Positions 12,181-25,571 of a stretch of 64,000 nucleotides of DNA are shown in pieces. The translations under genes and the position numbers were made by a program. Location: positions 3,906,001 to 3,970,000 of the forward strand of contig CM039001.1 of assembly GCA_017499595.2 (NCBI GenBank), given 5' to 3'. The notes under the pieces were generated by a model. That model was not told where the DNA came from and made no database searches. It worked only from the letters and a program-made list of their open reading frames with translations. This DNA comes from Psilocybe cubensis. Lineage: Eukaryota. Each line of letters starts with the position of its first letter. The stretch's first letter is position 1.

Positions 12181-15100
12181 TGTGCAATTCACACTATTTT
12201 CGAATCGGTATATTTGATTAAAATCGGTGTATGGATGGCTAGTGGCCCACCTCCATGCTGACTATTATAGATGATTCTACGATGATTCATTCTCTCAGCC
12301 GATTCGTGAGTTGAGGTGAAAGGATGTGTGTGTCTTTTCAAATCGATACATAATATCATTCTGAAAGTCCGATTTCCACGCAGAACTAATCTCGCAACGA
12401 AGAGAAATATCAGATTTTCGCACATTCGTCATCTCCGTTGTGTGAACGCGGAAAATAAATTTCAGACACGATGATCAGTTAGATGTTGGTGTGCTATCGT
12501 CCTTGTCAGCCACCTCGATAATAATCCTGCATTCGTCTAAGAGGATGTAATGGGTGATACTCTCAAAACTTTGGTGATATTACCCGACAACCCCACAGGA
12601 TTATGTGCAAATCTAACCGACAGCCTTAGAACGTCGGTTTTTTCTCCTTTTCTCTTTCATTTTGTAAACCCAATTTGGGGGCGAACATTTTGCTTCGGAC
12701 GCGCAGCGTTGAAATATATTATCGAAGAGTCAACTGATTGTCATTTGGAACTTAGTATCGCCATGGAGCTCAAGCTGATTTCCTTTATTTTACCACCCGC
12801 TTAAAACAAAAATCCTTCGTGACGACCTGGAGGATATCTAATGTTATCTTCAGCAGAATGAAGAACTGATGTCATGGGCTGAGAACCCCGGCTAGTGTAT
12901 ATCCGTGAGTAAATCACTACCACTCCGTTCTTTTTTTAACAGAGATCTTTATACAGTTGTGTTCTAGGAGATTGTCACGCGGTGAGCACATTGCCTTTGC
13001 ATTGCAAGGAACCCTGCACACGCACATACACCGGAAGACATGGATTCATTTTCGCCATCATTAGGCGTTTGCTTCTTCCCGACATGTAAGGATTATCTGC
13101 TAATCCCAGGCATTTAATTGCATTTCCCGAACATGCCAATCGCAGCTTGAAATATATCAGATCGGTGTCGAATGAGGCTTCCCGGCTGCCATGCTGCAGG
13201 CACAGTTTACAGCGGAGCTTGTTGATCTTGCGACTTGAACTCGACGCCTAAAAGCTCCTGAAGGGGACCCTTGACTGCGTTCATAAGGCAGCTTATGAAT
13301 TTTCGAGATGTCGTCGACTTCCTAGTCCCTTGGGTATATCATGCTGCCCAAGACAAAACGGCGATATCGGCTGTCTGCATATTGCTGAGTAAGAGTATAC
13401 TGGCGGAATCGTGTAACTGGCTGAGTGACGACCATCCACATCCACGAGAACATATTAAAATAGCATTCGCCTTTACACGATCCACTTTGGGGTTCCACCG
13501 GCAATCAATGTTATTTCTGTCTATGTGCACTCAAAGGGTTTGAAGGTGACAGAAAGATCTTCCTATGGCGTCCTTTCATTACAAATCCATTGATGTGCGA
13601 CTGCGCTGCAGGGTGCAATGTATACAGATAGTGTCGCTCTCAAAGACGATGTTCACTCAGCCAGGTATGTAGACCATCGCTCCCCGAGTGTCAAAAATTG
13701 ATTACATGGACATCACAACTATTATGGATCCTCAAATACCTGACAGCATCCACATCTATTTGGTTAAAGTTGAAGCATTAGGTGAACACTGATCGTACTC
13801 ATGATCATCAACATACGAATATTAGGCTAAAGACACGGGTGCCATAAGAACATCTCCATTTAGCAGCGCGTCTATTTGTGGATGATGATCGTGGTGCAGC
13901 GCGAATCCTCAAATACATGACAATGATTATCATGCCCTATATGGATAAAAGGCAAATGTGAAAGGAGGATCCATCTCTCCGTGACACGCACACACCCTGC
14001 CTGCATTGTGCCCAAAAAAAGACGAAGCACTGTCCAGGTTCCCAGTTGCTGATACCTACCGCCCACTCCGGGCATCGCTCTGCGTTTGAGGGTTTGAACG
14101 AGGGGCTGGCGGCTTTCCTGCCGTTCACTGGCCTCGATGATTGGATAATTAAAGCCTTTTTGGAGCTGGAACCAGTGCTAATTATGAGTCGTGTGAGGGG
14201 CTTCACACTCATGGAAGTGCATCCGAGAGCACTGTACGTGATGACGATCGCGTATTTCAATGGACTGGTGCTTACATGCACCTGAAGCGGCACGATATAC
14301 ATCTCATCACTGATTCCAAACACTCAGAGTCAATCCAGAAATTTCGGCAGATGCGTACTTACTGGAATACAAAACAGAAATATATTGCCCACGGATAAAA
14401 TGTTGCTATTTGGACGGGGGGTTTGAATCCGGCGACGCGAACGGATTGGACCCATCCGGCTCTTGTAGTGTACTAGTCGCCAGGCGCTTATTTTGTCGCA
14501 GCGGGCTGTAACGTGGCCTCGGATATGTCTGTGGGATTTGTGAACTATCGCCCCTTTGCTATAACCATGTCCCTGGTGCATCCACCCGGCGTCTATGCAT
14601 AGAACAGACTGTCGCTTTAATTACATCGGCCCGGCGGGTAAAAATGTCATTGATAATTCTGAGGAATGGAGGGGAGAGGAGCTGAAGTACAACTTTTACT
14701 TCAGGTATGCTAAACTAGGACAGCTAGGGCATGAGTGTCTTTGAATGCCGCAGGCTCTCCACGTCCCTCGTGAGGAATCATGGGTATTCAAAAGTCATTT
14801 AAGCTACTAGCAGCAGGCCCGATGGGTATGAGAATGAATGTATAGTTTGTACCCCAGCGGCGTCGCCGGCATTTAATCTCCCATAGCACTAAGCAGCAAT
14901 GAATCGATTCGCGATTCGATTCGATTAGTCCACGCCAGTCGCCCATGTCGTGTCCGTGTGGTGGTGGTGTGGTGGTGGTGGCTTCCCGCCCTCGGATGTC
15001 TTTCTTCCTCATCAAAACAGCTTCTCTATCCGATTTTCATTGTTTCCCAGAGCCTCGTCGGCGATTATAGCCTGGGAACTCGACATCGATGTATTGGTAC

Positions 15101-18100
15101 AACAACCTTCAACCTGATTCCCGTTCATAATTGTTCTGGCCTCTTAAATATGATGTATAAACGGATTCGGGACGGATCTATGAAGAATGAGTACATTGAA
15201 TGACTGTCAATGATTCATTCAATTGGAGGGTAGAACCATCAGGATCGACCAGCCACACGCTGCGGGTCTGGCACTCAGTTGCCGTGACTTAAACAGGCTA
15301 TCATCCGAGAGGTAAAATAACGAATAATTAGCATAATTACCCAGGCGTGGGTAGGTAAGAATTTAACGTTCAAGTCGCCTAGATTTCATTACATCGGGCA
15401 GTACTTCATTTTAATTTCATGAAAAGGTTCTTGGAAAAATCTAAACCTAACCCTAACCCTAGCCCTAACAAAACCTTGCAAATCGCACCGAAAACCACAA
15501 AATCTAGAACAAGAAGCACCGTACCCCTCGGACGACTCGGTGATCAAAAAATAGCATTCTAACTTTCAAATAAAAGATTATGCGTTCTACGTTGCCTTTC
15601 TCTTTCTACACTTCTACCCGCTCTGTATTCTACATTCCGTTTTCCGCGATCGTGTCCGCGTTCGGGAGTCGGTGAACAAAAGGCAAGAAGCGTCGATGTG
15701 GGAGCGGCATTCAAACTCACAGGGGAGGGCGGGGCGGGTAATTCGTAATTTTGTATGGGAAGCGAGGGGAGGATTAAGGTGTCTTAATACGTACATGCCA
15801 CATATACGTCGTGAAATCTCACGACCATTGCTGGCAGTGCTAAAGTACATTTAGCCCAAAGTTTGTTTTCCTTTTCAGGATTTGCTGAAGACTCCTCATT
15901 TATTAGACTGGGTAGGTGTGTGGCCTCGAAAGCATTTTTTCTGGGGGTGTGTTTGTGTTAATTAATGTGATAGCTCAGACGAGATTCAGAGGATGCTACG
16001 ACACGACTCGAAGGAGGGGTGGCGAGTTATGTACGTATTGTCCGTCACGGCCGAGTCGAGTCAAGATTTGTATTGCCATTGGAGACTGGAGTCGTGGATC
16101 AAATAAACTAGAACATGTCTATTCTGGGGGCGGGAGGGCGGCGCTCAGACTCATCATCCTCATCGACATCGACCCCCAAAACGTAAAGGCTTTAAACGCG
16201 TGCAGGTACAAGTTCGCCTAGGACACCTAGTAGTAGTACACCGGTACACCGGTCGTACTGCTAAAGCCTCTTTGACAGTAGAAATTTAAATCTTAAAACA
16301 CACCGCAGGGCCCGCGCTTCTGATGGGATTGGGCTGGATGGGAGACGAGACGAGAAATTGAAGGATGAATGAACGAATGGATGGATGAATTAATGCAGGC
16401 GTGAAAGAAAGACTTGGACTAGAACTAGAACCAGAACCAGACCGTGTTTACGAGTTTGAATCTGAATCGCGTCTTCGGCTCAGCGCTCTCCCCTCTCCTT
16501 CGGCCATCATCATTATCACCATCATCATCATCATCATCGCCATCGTAATCAGAACGCATGGCACGGCGTTCAAAACTCAAATGCAAATGAAAAGTCTATT
16601 CGAAAGGGGTGACCAGCTGCACGCCCGTGAAGCGAGTAGAAGCTGAGCTTGAAGGGGGGGGCGGTCTATCATCGACCCATCCCATCGACAATCGCTATTC
16701 GGCAATCCTCCAATCCTTCAATCCGCTAATGGAAATCCGACAGTCAACCGTCAACGGTAGTCAACAGCAGCGCCCAACTGCAATTGTACCGGCTATCTAT
16801 CCACGCTGTACTGGATTACTTGCTTTACCATCGAAGGTAGATTGAGTATTTTAGTTGTTCCGTCGTTTCGTCGTTTTAAATCCATGATCTCACTCGCGCC
16901 TACACCCGCTTTGGATTTTGGACACTAGATTGTATCTGCCTTCATCTCGTCTCGTCTCACTTTGCGGCGTCCAGATGGTGGGGATGTCTGTCTTGTATTT
17001 GTATCCACCATTTTCATCTTAGTCTTCATTTGCATTTGCATTTACATTTACATTTGAATTTAAAATAGTCAGGCATCTAGTGCGGGCGAGCGGGCGATTG
17101 TCCGTCAATTAGATCTTGCCTACACGTATTTAGACCAACTACCAGTATAGTGCCTCGTCGGCCTCTCAACGTACGGAGAGACACCGGCGTAGAGGTGCTG
17201 CTAGTAGACCCCCGCGCAACTAAACGATCTTTAATTTGGCTGGTAGCGAAGTACTATTAGCACTAGTACCAGTAGCGCACGCTGATTTCGGCGTCAGCGG
17301 TGTTTAAGCGCGCGTGCGTGCACACATGCATGTGTGTGTGAGTGAGTTTCGAGCTCGAGGCAGACTCTCTGGAAGTCTCTAGAAGTTGAGGATTACATTA
17401 ATATTGTACATCCCCAACTTACCTCTCCGTCCCAAGTCAATCTTCCCAGCACCTTGAAGCAGGAGTCTGCAAAAAACGAAAGTGTAGACGCACTCCGGCA
17501 CGCACACGCACACGCACACGCACTGGCCATCAGATGGGATGGTAAGGCACATAACACGTAGCACGCGAAATCCATACTAGTAAGGATATTTCCATGTATA
17601 TATCCATTCAAGTTTCCATGCCGTTCCATTGACCGATGACCACTGACCGCTGCCGTTGCCGTTTAATTGGACTGGTGGCACCTGGCAGACAGACAGGCAT
17701 GAAGGAACGAACGTGATCCAGACCGTGAAGGTAAATCAACTCGAACGTCAATCTTCAGCGTTAGCCTCCAAGCTCAAGCTTCGAGCCCTTCCAAACTCCA
17801 ACGGGACAACTCCGAGCCGAGTCACCCGCGCGGTCCGTGGATATAACGGTCATCAGAAACCCCTACGGTAATCTCAGGAGTTAGAAGTTAGAAGGTTGGA
17901 GGTAGAAGGTAGAAGGTAGAAGGTTTGGACGTGGACGTGGACATCGACGTTGGTCTGGGGTCTGGCTGCGAAGCTTGGTGTGTCCAGGAAATCCGGGAGA
18001 GGAAGGGGAGTCTAATGGGCTAGGAGCTGGGAAAGGAAGTGAAATATCTGGGAAAGGACGCTGGGTATGGGTAGGGAGTCTAGAAAGGGAGAAAGGAGAG

Positions 18101-19089
18101 GGGGATTCAGAGGGAATCAGGGAAACAAGGAAGGAAGGGAAGGGAAGGGAAGGGAGGGAAATTGGAAGGATTCGCAGTGTGATGTAATGTAATATCAATG
18201 TAATAGCGTTAGATTACATTATGATTTCCCTTGTACCATTATTATTACCATTACCATTACACTTACATTACATTTTTCATCGCCGTGTATTCGATGCGGT
18301 TGGATTACCGGTGAGAGACGAGGAGGGTGTATAGCCGAGGGCTTTAATTTTCGATTACTATTACAATCACTGGGAAGTGCCAGAGCGACAGAGGGGGGGT
18401 GCGAGATCAAGCGCGAGAACGAGAGCGAACAATGGAGTCAAAACAGTTAAATGTAAAAGGAAAAGTAAATTCAACAGAAAAGGCAAAAGTAGAAGCAAGC
18501 TTGAAAGATCCCACACGAACATCGAACATCGAGCGAAAAAGATAAGGACAAAGACAAAGACAAAGACAAACGATGACAAAAAGGCCGCCGAATATGGATT
18601 TGAGCACCAGCAGTGCCATGGGATTGGGAAAGCGGAAGGCTCGATATGTACATATGTACGCATATTTAACGTTTAACGTTTGAATACAGTAGTCCTATAG
18701 CTATTTCTTCTCTGACGACGAAAGTCGGCGTGGGCGTGGGCGTGGGCGTTGGCGCATTGTCGTAGTTAGCAATGTACGCGCGCGCCACGCACAAACACAC
18801 GCGCACTGACACACGCCGCGCACGTAGCGCACATGCACACGCGCGTGCAAGCCCTTTTAAATTCGAAGGTTTCAGCAGCACATCGATTCTGGAATACAAA
18901 TTTTCAAAAAGTCAAGAGTCAAGTAAAAGTAAAAATTCCAGTCGAGGCTTCCGCACTGGACCATCCAGGATCCAGAATCCAGAATTTTGAATTTCAAATT
19001 TCAGCGATCGTGGACTGCCGCCTGCGACTGCGACTGCGCATGCGCATACGCATGTGTGCCCTTTGCCCTGTGCCCATTCTTTTTTCCTG

Positions 19090-19770
19090 CTTGCAGTGCG
19101 CTGTTCCCTGTTTGCAGTGCGCTCATTTTGGGCCCTGTACATCGCCCAGTCCCCTGTTTCTGTTCCCTGAACATCTCCCAGTTACCTGTATGCAGTGTAC
19201 TCGTCCCTGTACATCTCCCAATCCTCTGTTCATCTCCCAGTTCCCTGTTTGCAGTGCACTCTCACTCCCTGTACATCTCCCGAATCCCTGTTCTTGTTCC
19301 CTGTTTGCAGGGAAACTTGAAGGTCCCTGCCAGATTATCGTTGATTTTACGAGTGAGTGACTGGTTGATTTTCGATTGATTTTCGAACTCTCTGGATTGT
19401 GTATTGGTCGATTGATTCTCGATTCACTTTCGATTGATTGTCTCTGGCGATTGCTTTTCGAGTGAATGGCGATTGATTTTCGATTGTCTGGTTACTATTC
19501 TCTATCGACTGTCGATCGATTTTCGTGTGCATTGTCGATTGTCTGGCCATTGATTTTGCGTTGACCATTGACTGGCGTGCGGACATTGTCGATTGATTGT
19601 CGATTGATTTTCAGTTTTTTTATGGATTTTCGATTGTCTGTCGGCGGGTGTTGATTGCGGATTGTCAATTAATTTTCGATTGATTTTCTTAATGACTGTC
19701 GATTGATTGTCTTACTGACTGTCGATTGATTTTCCATTGTCTGTCGATTGATTTTCCATAGATTTTCGAT
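19090..19770. repeat. Two adjacent degenerate tandem arrays
   Basis: CCCTGTACATC / TTCCCTGTTTGCAG units at about 19090-19310, followed by many GTCGATTGATT(TT)-type units at about 19360-19770. Confidence 0.75.
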
Positions 19771-21799
19771 TGCGTTGGACCCTTACTGGCATGCGCAGTG
19801 GCCTGTCAAAGCCAGCTCCTGTGTTATCTGTCAAGATCCATGTACACCCTTCGCCCTTCGCCCTTCGCCCTTTACCGGTTACCCTTCGCCCTCTGCCCTC
19901 TGCTTTTGCCTCTGAACCCTCTGCCCTCTTCCAACTTCTCTCAGGCTCTGCCTTCTGCTCGTTGGGTATCAAACACTGCTTTCACTCTACGCCTTGCACT
20001 CGTTCTCCTCCCGATCCCGATCCCGAATAAAACATCATAAATCAAACGTGATGTACTCACTCAAATTTGTGAAAAGACCCTCTGACGTGACTTCTCCCGA
20101 AGACACGAGAAACGCACGCGGACGGGAATACATCATGTACTAATTGGCTCTCCCGAGCAAAGGCACTTGAGCACACTGTCAGAAAATTTACAATCGCACG
20201 ATCGCTGATAAGCAGTGGCGCGCTACGAGCGCGCGCACAAGTGCGCGCTCCCACGACTGCGCCGCGTTCCCACGATATGCCGCGCACGGCATCGACCATT
20301 GACCATCGGCCTATAATATAACCACGAACCTCGACATCCACAACCTTCTCCCCCTTCGTCAACCAGACCACCAGACCACCCTATATCAATCTTATTGCAT
20401 TCAGGCATTTTCAACTTCGCCTCCTATTGCGCGCGATATGCCCCCGATCAAGCCTCATGGAGTAGTCAAGACCTTTCCCACGTTTCCACGCCTAGGCGTC
20501 GCGATCGACTTGGTGAAAAATACGAATTTGGGTGGGTGCTTCCTTCAGCCTCACCCTTCAAATTCAAAAACAGCTCCGATTCCACAACTTTTCGTACATT
20601 CGATAGCTTTATATTCCACCTTTTGTAATGGTAGTGTTAGAACCACTTAGCTCACATATACTACTACTAGGTAGGTAGAGTAGGTTTTCCCCCCTAGAGT
20701 ACCGTGTACCGTGACCATTCCCTCCCCAAGTACTAGACACATTTTTGCGAATTCGTATCGAATTTACTGCGTTCTCCTGCGTCGCTTCGAGCTGCGTTTA
20801 AGTATATAGCATATTGCGTTCACCAGCGTCGTTACCCGCAGTCAGAACCGCCTGCATTTTTTCCGTGCCCTCTCAATCAACAGTTCCCCAGTCGCCTGTG
20901 GTTTGGTTATGCAGGGCTCTTTGTGGAGCTGCCCGCGCACATCAGCATCAGCGCATCTTGCATGAGAACTTGGGTGGTTTAGGCACTGCCTAGCAAGTAT
21001 CTCTGTCCCTCCACGCCCATCACGCCCGTCAGTGTATCATCGCACATGAGACGAGCAAGGAAAAATCACGCAAATGAGAGCGCGAACGCGAACGCGAACG
21101 CGAACGCAGAGGTGAGCGCACACGAGCAGAATTACAAACGCACAAACACAACCTTGACACAAACTTGACACAAACGCAACCACAACCACAAACGCGAGCG
21201 CGTGCGCATCGGAGCAAAATTCAATTTAAGCGCTCATGCTAGTAACAGTAGTAGTAGTACTTGACTCACGGACTCGGGCTGACTTTCTTTCAGGAATTAA
21301 TACAACTTGAATATTGAATATTGAATAATAACATTGAATACTAATATTGAATAGCTTGAATAGCTAATTAGTATCTATTGCTAGCGCTCGGCTGGACTTG
21401 TTCCTTTCCTTTCCTTTCCTTTCCTTTCCTTTCCTGCATCCTATATATCCGATATATCTATATCTATATCGTAGCACCAGCACAACGACACGACACGACA
21501 CGATTGACAAATGACAAATGACAAATGACAAACAAATAAATGATGAATGATGAGATAAACGACTGACGATCCTCGCCCGCACCCGCGTCGAATCGAAGTT
21601 TAAACTTGAGACAAGTTTGCGGGACGTTTGAGAGAAGTTTTGTGCGTTTGAGGGACGTTTTGAACGCCGGATTCAGAGTTCGCACCGCCCACGGCGTCTT
21701 AAATCTTAAGTCCAAAAATGTTTCCTCTGGATTCCAACTGGATTCTGGAGTCTGGAGTTTGTTAGTGGATGATTAGTTTTACCAAGTTGCGAGTTTTTT

Positions 21800-22432
21800 A
21801 CGTTTTTTCTTTGGATTTTTCTAACGATTTTTCGTTTTTTCTTACGATTTTTCGTTTTTTCTTACGATTTTTCGTTTTTTCTTACGATTTTTCGTTTTTT
21901 CTTACGATTTTTCGTTTTTTCTTACGATTTTTCGTTTTTTCTTACGATTTTTCGTTTTTTCTAACGATTTTTCGTTTTTTCTTACGATTTTTCGTTTTTT
22001 CTTACGATTTTTCGTTTTTTCTTACGATTTTTCGTTTTTTCTTACGATTTTTCTTTTTTTCTTACAATTTTTCGTTTTTTCTTACGATTTTTCGTTTTTT
22101 CTTACGATTTTTGGTTTTTTCTTACGATTTTTCGTTTTTTCTTACGTTTTTTCTTTGGCTTTTTCTTACGATTTTTCGTTTTTTCTTACGATTTTTCGTT
22201 TTTTCTTACGATTTTTCGGTTTTTCGAACGATTTTTCGTTTTTTCTTACGATTTTTCGTTTTTTCTTAATGATAAAGTTTTTTTTCTTTTCTTTTTTCTG
22301 CTTTTCTTTTTCTTAACGATACATTTCGTCTTTTCTTAACGATACATTTCGTCTTTTCTTAACCATACATGTCGTCTTTTCTTAACCATACATTTCGTCT
22401 TTTCTTAACGATACATTTCGTCTTTTCTTAAC
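21800..22432. repeat. T-rich minisatellite: 20-bp unit CTTACGATTTTTCGTTTTTT (over 20 copies), then a 23-bp variant TTTTCTTAACGATACATTTCGTC (about 5 copies)
   Basis: Directly visible periodicity with no unique spacers. Confidence 0.95.
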
Positions 22433-23300
22433 ATGAAATTCCCTCTTTTCTTAACACCAAAACCAAAACCAAAGAGTCTTGAAGCTTTAAGCGCAGAAAG
22501 CAACGACGAGAGTTGTACGTTGTAGCTTTGTAATAGCAAGTTAAGGAGCAACATCGCCGTCGCTCTTGCCGTCGCTGTTCGGATTCAAGCCTGTCGGAGT
22601 GCGGAATGAGGAGTGCGGTAGATGTTTACACCGGTATACCTGCACCTGCACCTGCACCTGTATACCTGCACCTGCACCTGCACCTGTATAACTAGACATA
22701 TATATCTATACGCCTATATATATGCACGCTAAGCGCTAAGCGCCAAGCTATTAGTGTATTACGATGAGAATCAGGATAGGAATCGTGATTCGGATTAGTA
22801 GGCTAAGAGTCAAGAGGAGCGGGATGGGAAGAGTTGAGAGGAGCAGGAGCAGGAGCAGGAGCAGGGGGAGGGGGAGGGATGTGGGATATGTGTAAGCGTG
22901 ATGTGGACGGATGAATGTGGATGTGGATGTGGATGTGGATGCGAATGGTGTGGATGCGAATGGTGTGGATGAGGATGAGGATGATGATGATGACTTAGAT
23001 GTGGATAATGCAGGACGGAGGGATGATGCAAGGAGGAAGGAGGGAGGGTTGATAATGATTATTATGATCTGGAGGAACGGAGGGACTGACGAGGGAAGGA
23101 AGGAAGGAGGGATGATGATGATGATGATGATCCCAGCACGAGCGTCGCACGAGGCACGGCGAATAAACGTTAAACACGACAGGAGCAGGGCAGTACATAC
23201 ACAGGCCAGGGAAGTAAAGATGTGTGCAGATGCAGATCATGATGCACTGTGCAGTTCAAGTTGTGCACGCTCTGCAAAAATGAAACGCAGACGGGACGGA

Positions 23301-24013
23301 CAGGACCCGGGAAGCTCCCCTATAAGCATGTCCGCCTGGGATCCCAATTTTTGCCCTCAAATCCGCGAGATTTTGGGGCTCAAATCCGCGAAACCGGACA
23401 ATGCCCGATAGGGGCATTCCCAATTAGATATTTTTTTTCAGCCCTGCGGGGCGAGCTTGCAAAACCACTCGACGGCTCAACAAGTCATTAATTAATTGCA
23501 AAATAAACATATGGAGTAGATATTTAGGTGTTACAGGCTTCGAGGGGAAGGATTTTGAGGAGGTGGAACCTCCATTACTAGTTATCAGGATAGTGAAGAA
23601 ATATGTCAGGGTAGCAGAGAAAAGACGTCTTCAAGTTTCACTAATATGCTGTATATAGGAAATGTAACCTTGCTTCGATTTACTACTGTGAATTTCCGTT
23701 GATTTCCATCGTCTACCGCTCTTAGATAATAGACGCTGGCCAATCATTGCAATCTAAGCGGGATCCCGGCCCCAAATTTGGCCAACAATTAGCTGCATCT
23801 GGGAAAAACGGTTGCGGCATGCCGCCTTTGAACAATTACTACAGAAGTTTTGTTAAAATATGGGCCTCAAATCCGCCAAACCGGACTTTGTTTGGCCAAA
23901 ATTTTGCCTGTGGCGCCCTCAAATCCGCGAGAACTGGACAAAGAAATTGCCATTTTTTGGCCTCAAATCCGCGAAAATCCGGACATGCCGGTACGGGAGC
24001 TTCCCGGGTCCTG
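23301..24013. mobile_element. 713-bp non-autonomous DNA transposon (CAG...CTG ends, hAT-like organisation)
   Basis: 34-bp TIR CAGGACCCGGGAAGCTCCC... (first 19 nt perfect, 30/34 overall). GACGGA flanks both sides. Five subterminal CTCAAATCCGC motifs. Confidence 0.8.
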
Positions 24014-25571
24014 GACGGACACGGCGACGGCGATTGTACCCGCCACGTGGACTTTGATTTTGGAGTGATTTTGGACTTTGGGCGTTTGGACTTTGGCGTT
24101 TAAGGGGACGGCATTTTGAGAAGACTTGTTGGAGTGTGTGAGTGTGAGTGATTGAGGTGTTGGGAAAGGAATGGGAATGGGAATGGGAATGGGAATAGAC
24201 ATCGGTCATCTAAATCCAAATCGAAATCCAAATCCAAATCCAAATCCAAGTTACTCCCTACTCCTCGCTTACTTTAGGAGACAAAGTCAAAGTCAAAGTC
24301 AAAAGTAAAACTGAAAGTCGAATTAAACAGCGAAAATGGCAAAGGTGGTGATGCATATGGTGAACAATCGACGATTACCAATACCAACACCAGTACGATA
24401 CGATACGATACGTTACCGGCATAACCGATTATCATTGTCAATCCCATCGCAGCGAACAGGAAAAACGCCGACAAGGTAAAGGCAAACGCAAACGCAACGG
24501 CAACGGCAACGGCATTAAACCCAAAGCCAAAACCAAAGCCAAAGCCAAAGGCAGAGGAAGAGGAGAGGGTTCCTGGGACTGCGGAGTTACCGATGAGCGA
24601 CCCCCCTTCAAGTATTACTATTACTATTACTATTTTTATTAATGCATCATCATCATCATCACCCGTCACCCGATTTGCATTGCATTGCAGAGATTCGCAA
24701 GGTGGGTACTGTGCGTGCCTACTTTATCTCACTCAGCCTCGTACCGTGTACATACGTACGTAATTACACACCTTCGTGAAACCCGGTTAAACGACGGGTT
24801 TCCCGATATATCCCAGATCCTCAGCGAAAAATTAGCATTACGAAGAAAAGGACGAAAAGTGAAAACGCCGAAATTGAAAGCGAACGCGAAAAGCGAAATG
24901 ACCGAAGGGGGCCACGGGCGACACAGGACAGACAGCGCCAATCCCTCTCCCTCTTCCCTCGCGGATTCTTTTTGCCTTTGTCACCCCCCCCCCCCTTCCC
25001 TTCCCCTTTTGCCCCTTTTGTACCCCCCCCTCCCCTCTCCTGCTGCACCCCCTCGGATTTGCCATCGACACATCGACACCAAAATGGATATGGATATGTA
25101 CTACACACATCCGCATCGAGATTAATATTACTGGTATGGATCATGATCATGATCACCCAGCCAGATTCCGATTCCGATTCCGATTCGATTGGAATCGAAT
25201 CGAGCATTGGTGAATGCCGTGCCGTGCACACTACCTACATACAGGAATCAGGATAGAAATGGGACGCCAATCCCAATTCCCAATCCTTAATACCCTCGCC
25301 TCACAGTACGGGCCTAACACCCCCTACCCCCCTGCCTATTTCCTTTTTTAACTCCTCGGGTTATCCGGTATCGCTGGTTCTGCGTACCCATCCCATCTTA
25401 TATACTACATCTTATATCCCGTGTCCTGTGTATCGTATCCATTTAAAAGCTCTCCGACGTATCGTGGACCGTTCCAATTTCCAACCCCGTCTATTCCAAC
25501 GTCCATATACCCTTTCGCTTTCTCATTTCCCTGTTGCCTGTCTGTTCTTTGAGAGATCCTTCGTTGAGAGA

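Noticed and set aside
12500-14600. Possible gene(s) downstream of the HAD hydrolase
   Set aside because: Some splice-like signals are present, but I could not build a continuous frame or recognise a domain.
21769-22269. 166-aa Phe-rich ORF; also considered as a CRISPR-like array
   Set aside because: The ORF is the translation of the 20-bp minisatellite. The repeats have no unique spacers, and the DNA is eukaryotic with no cas genes.
15600-25300. Numerous 60-175 aa ORFs in the repeat island
   Set aside because: They are low-complexity translations of microsatellites on both strands, with no domains or coherent splice structure.
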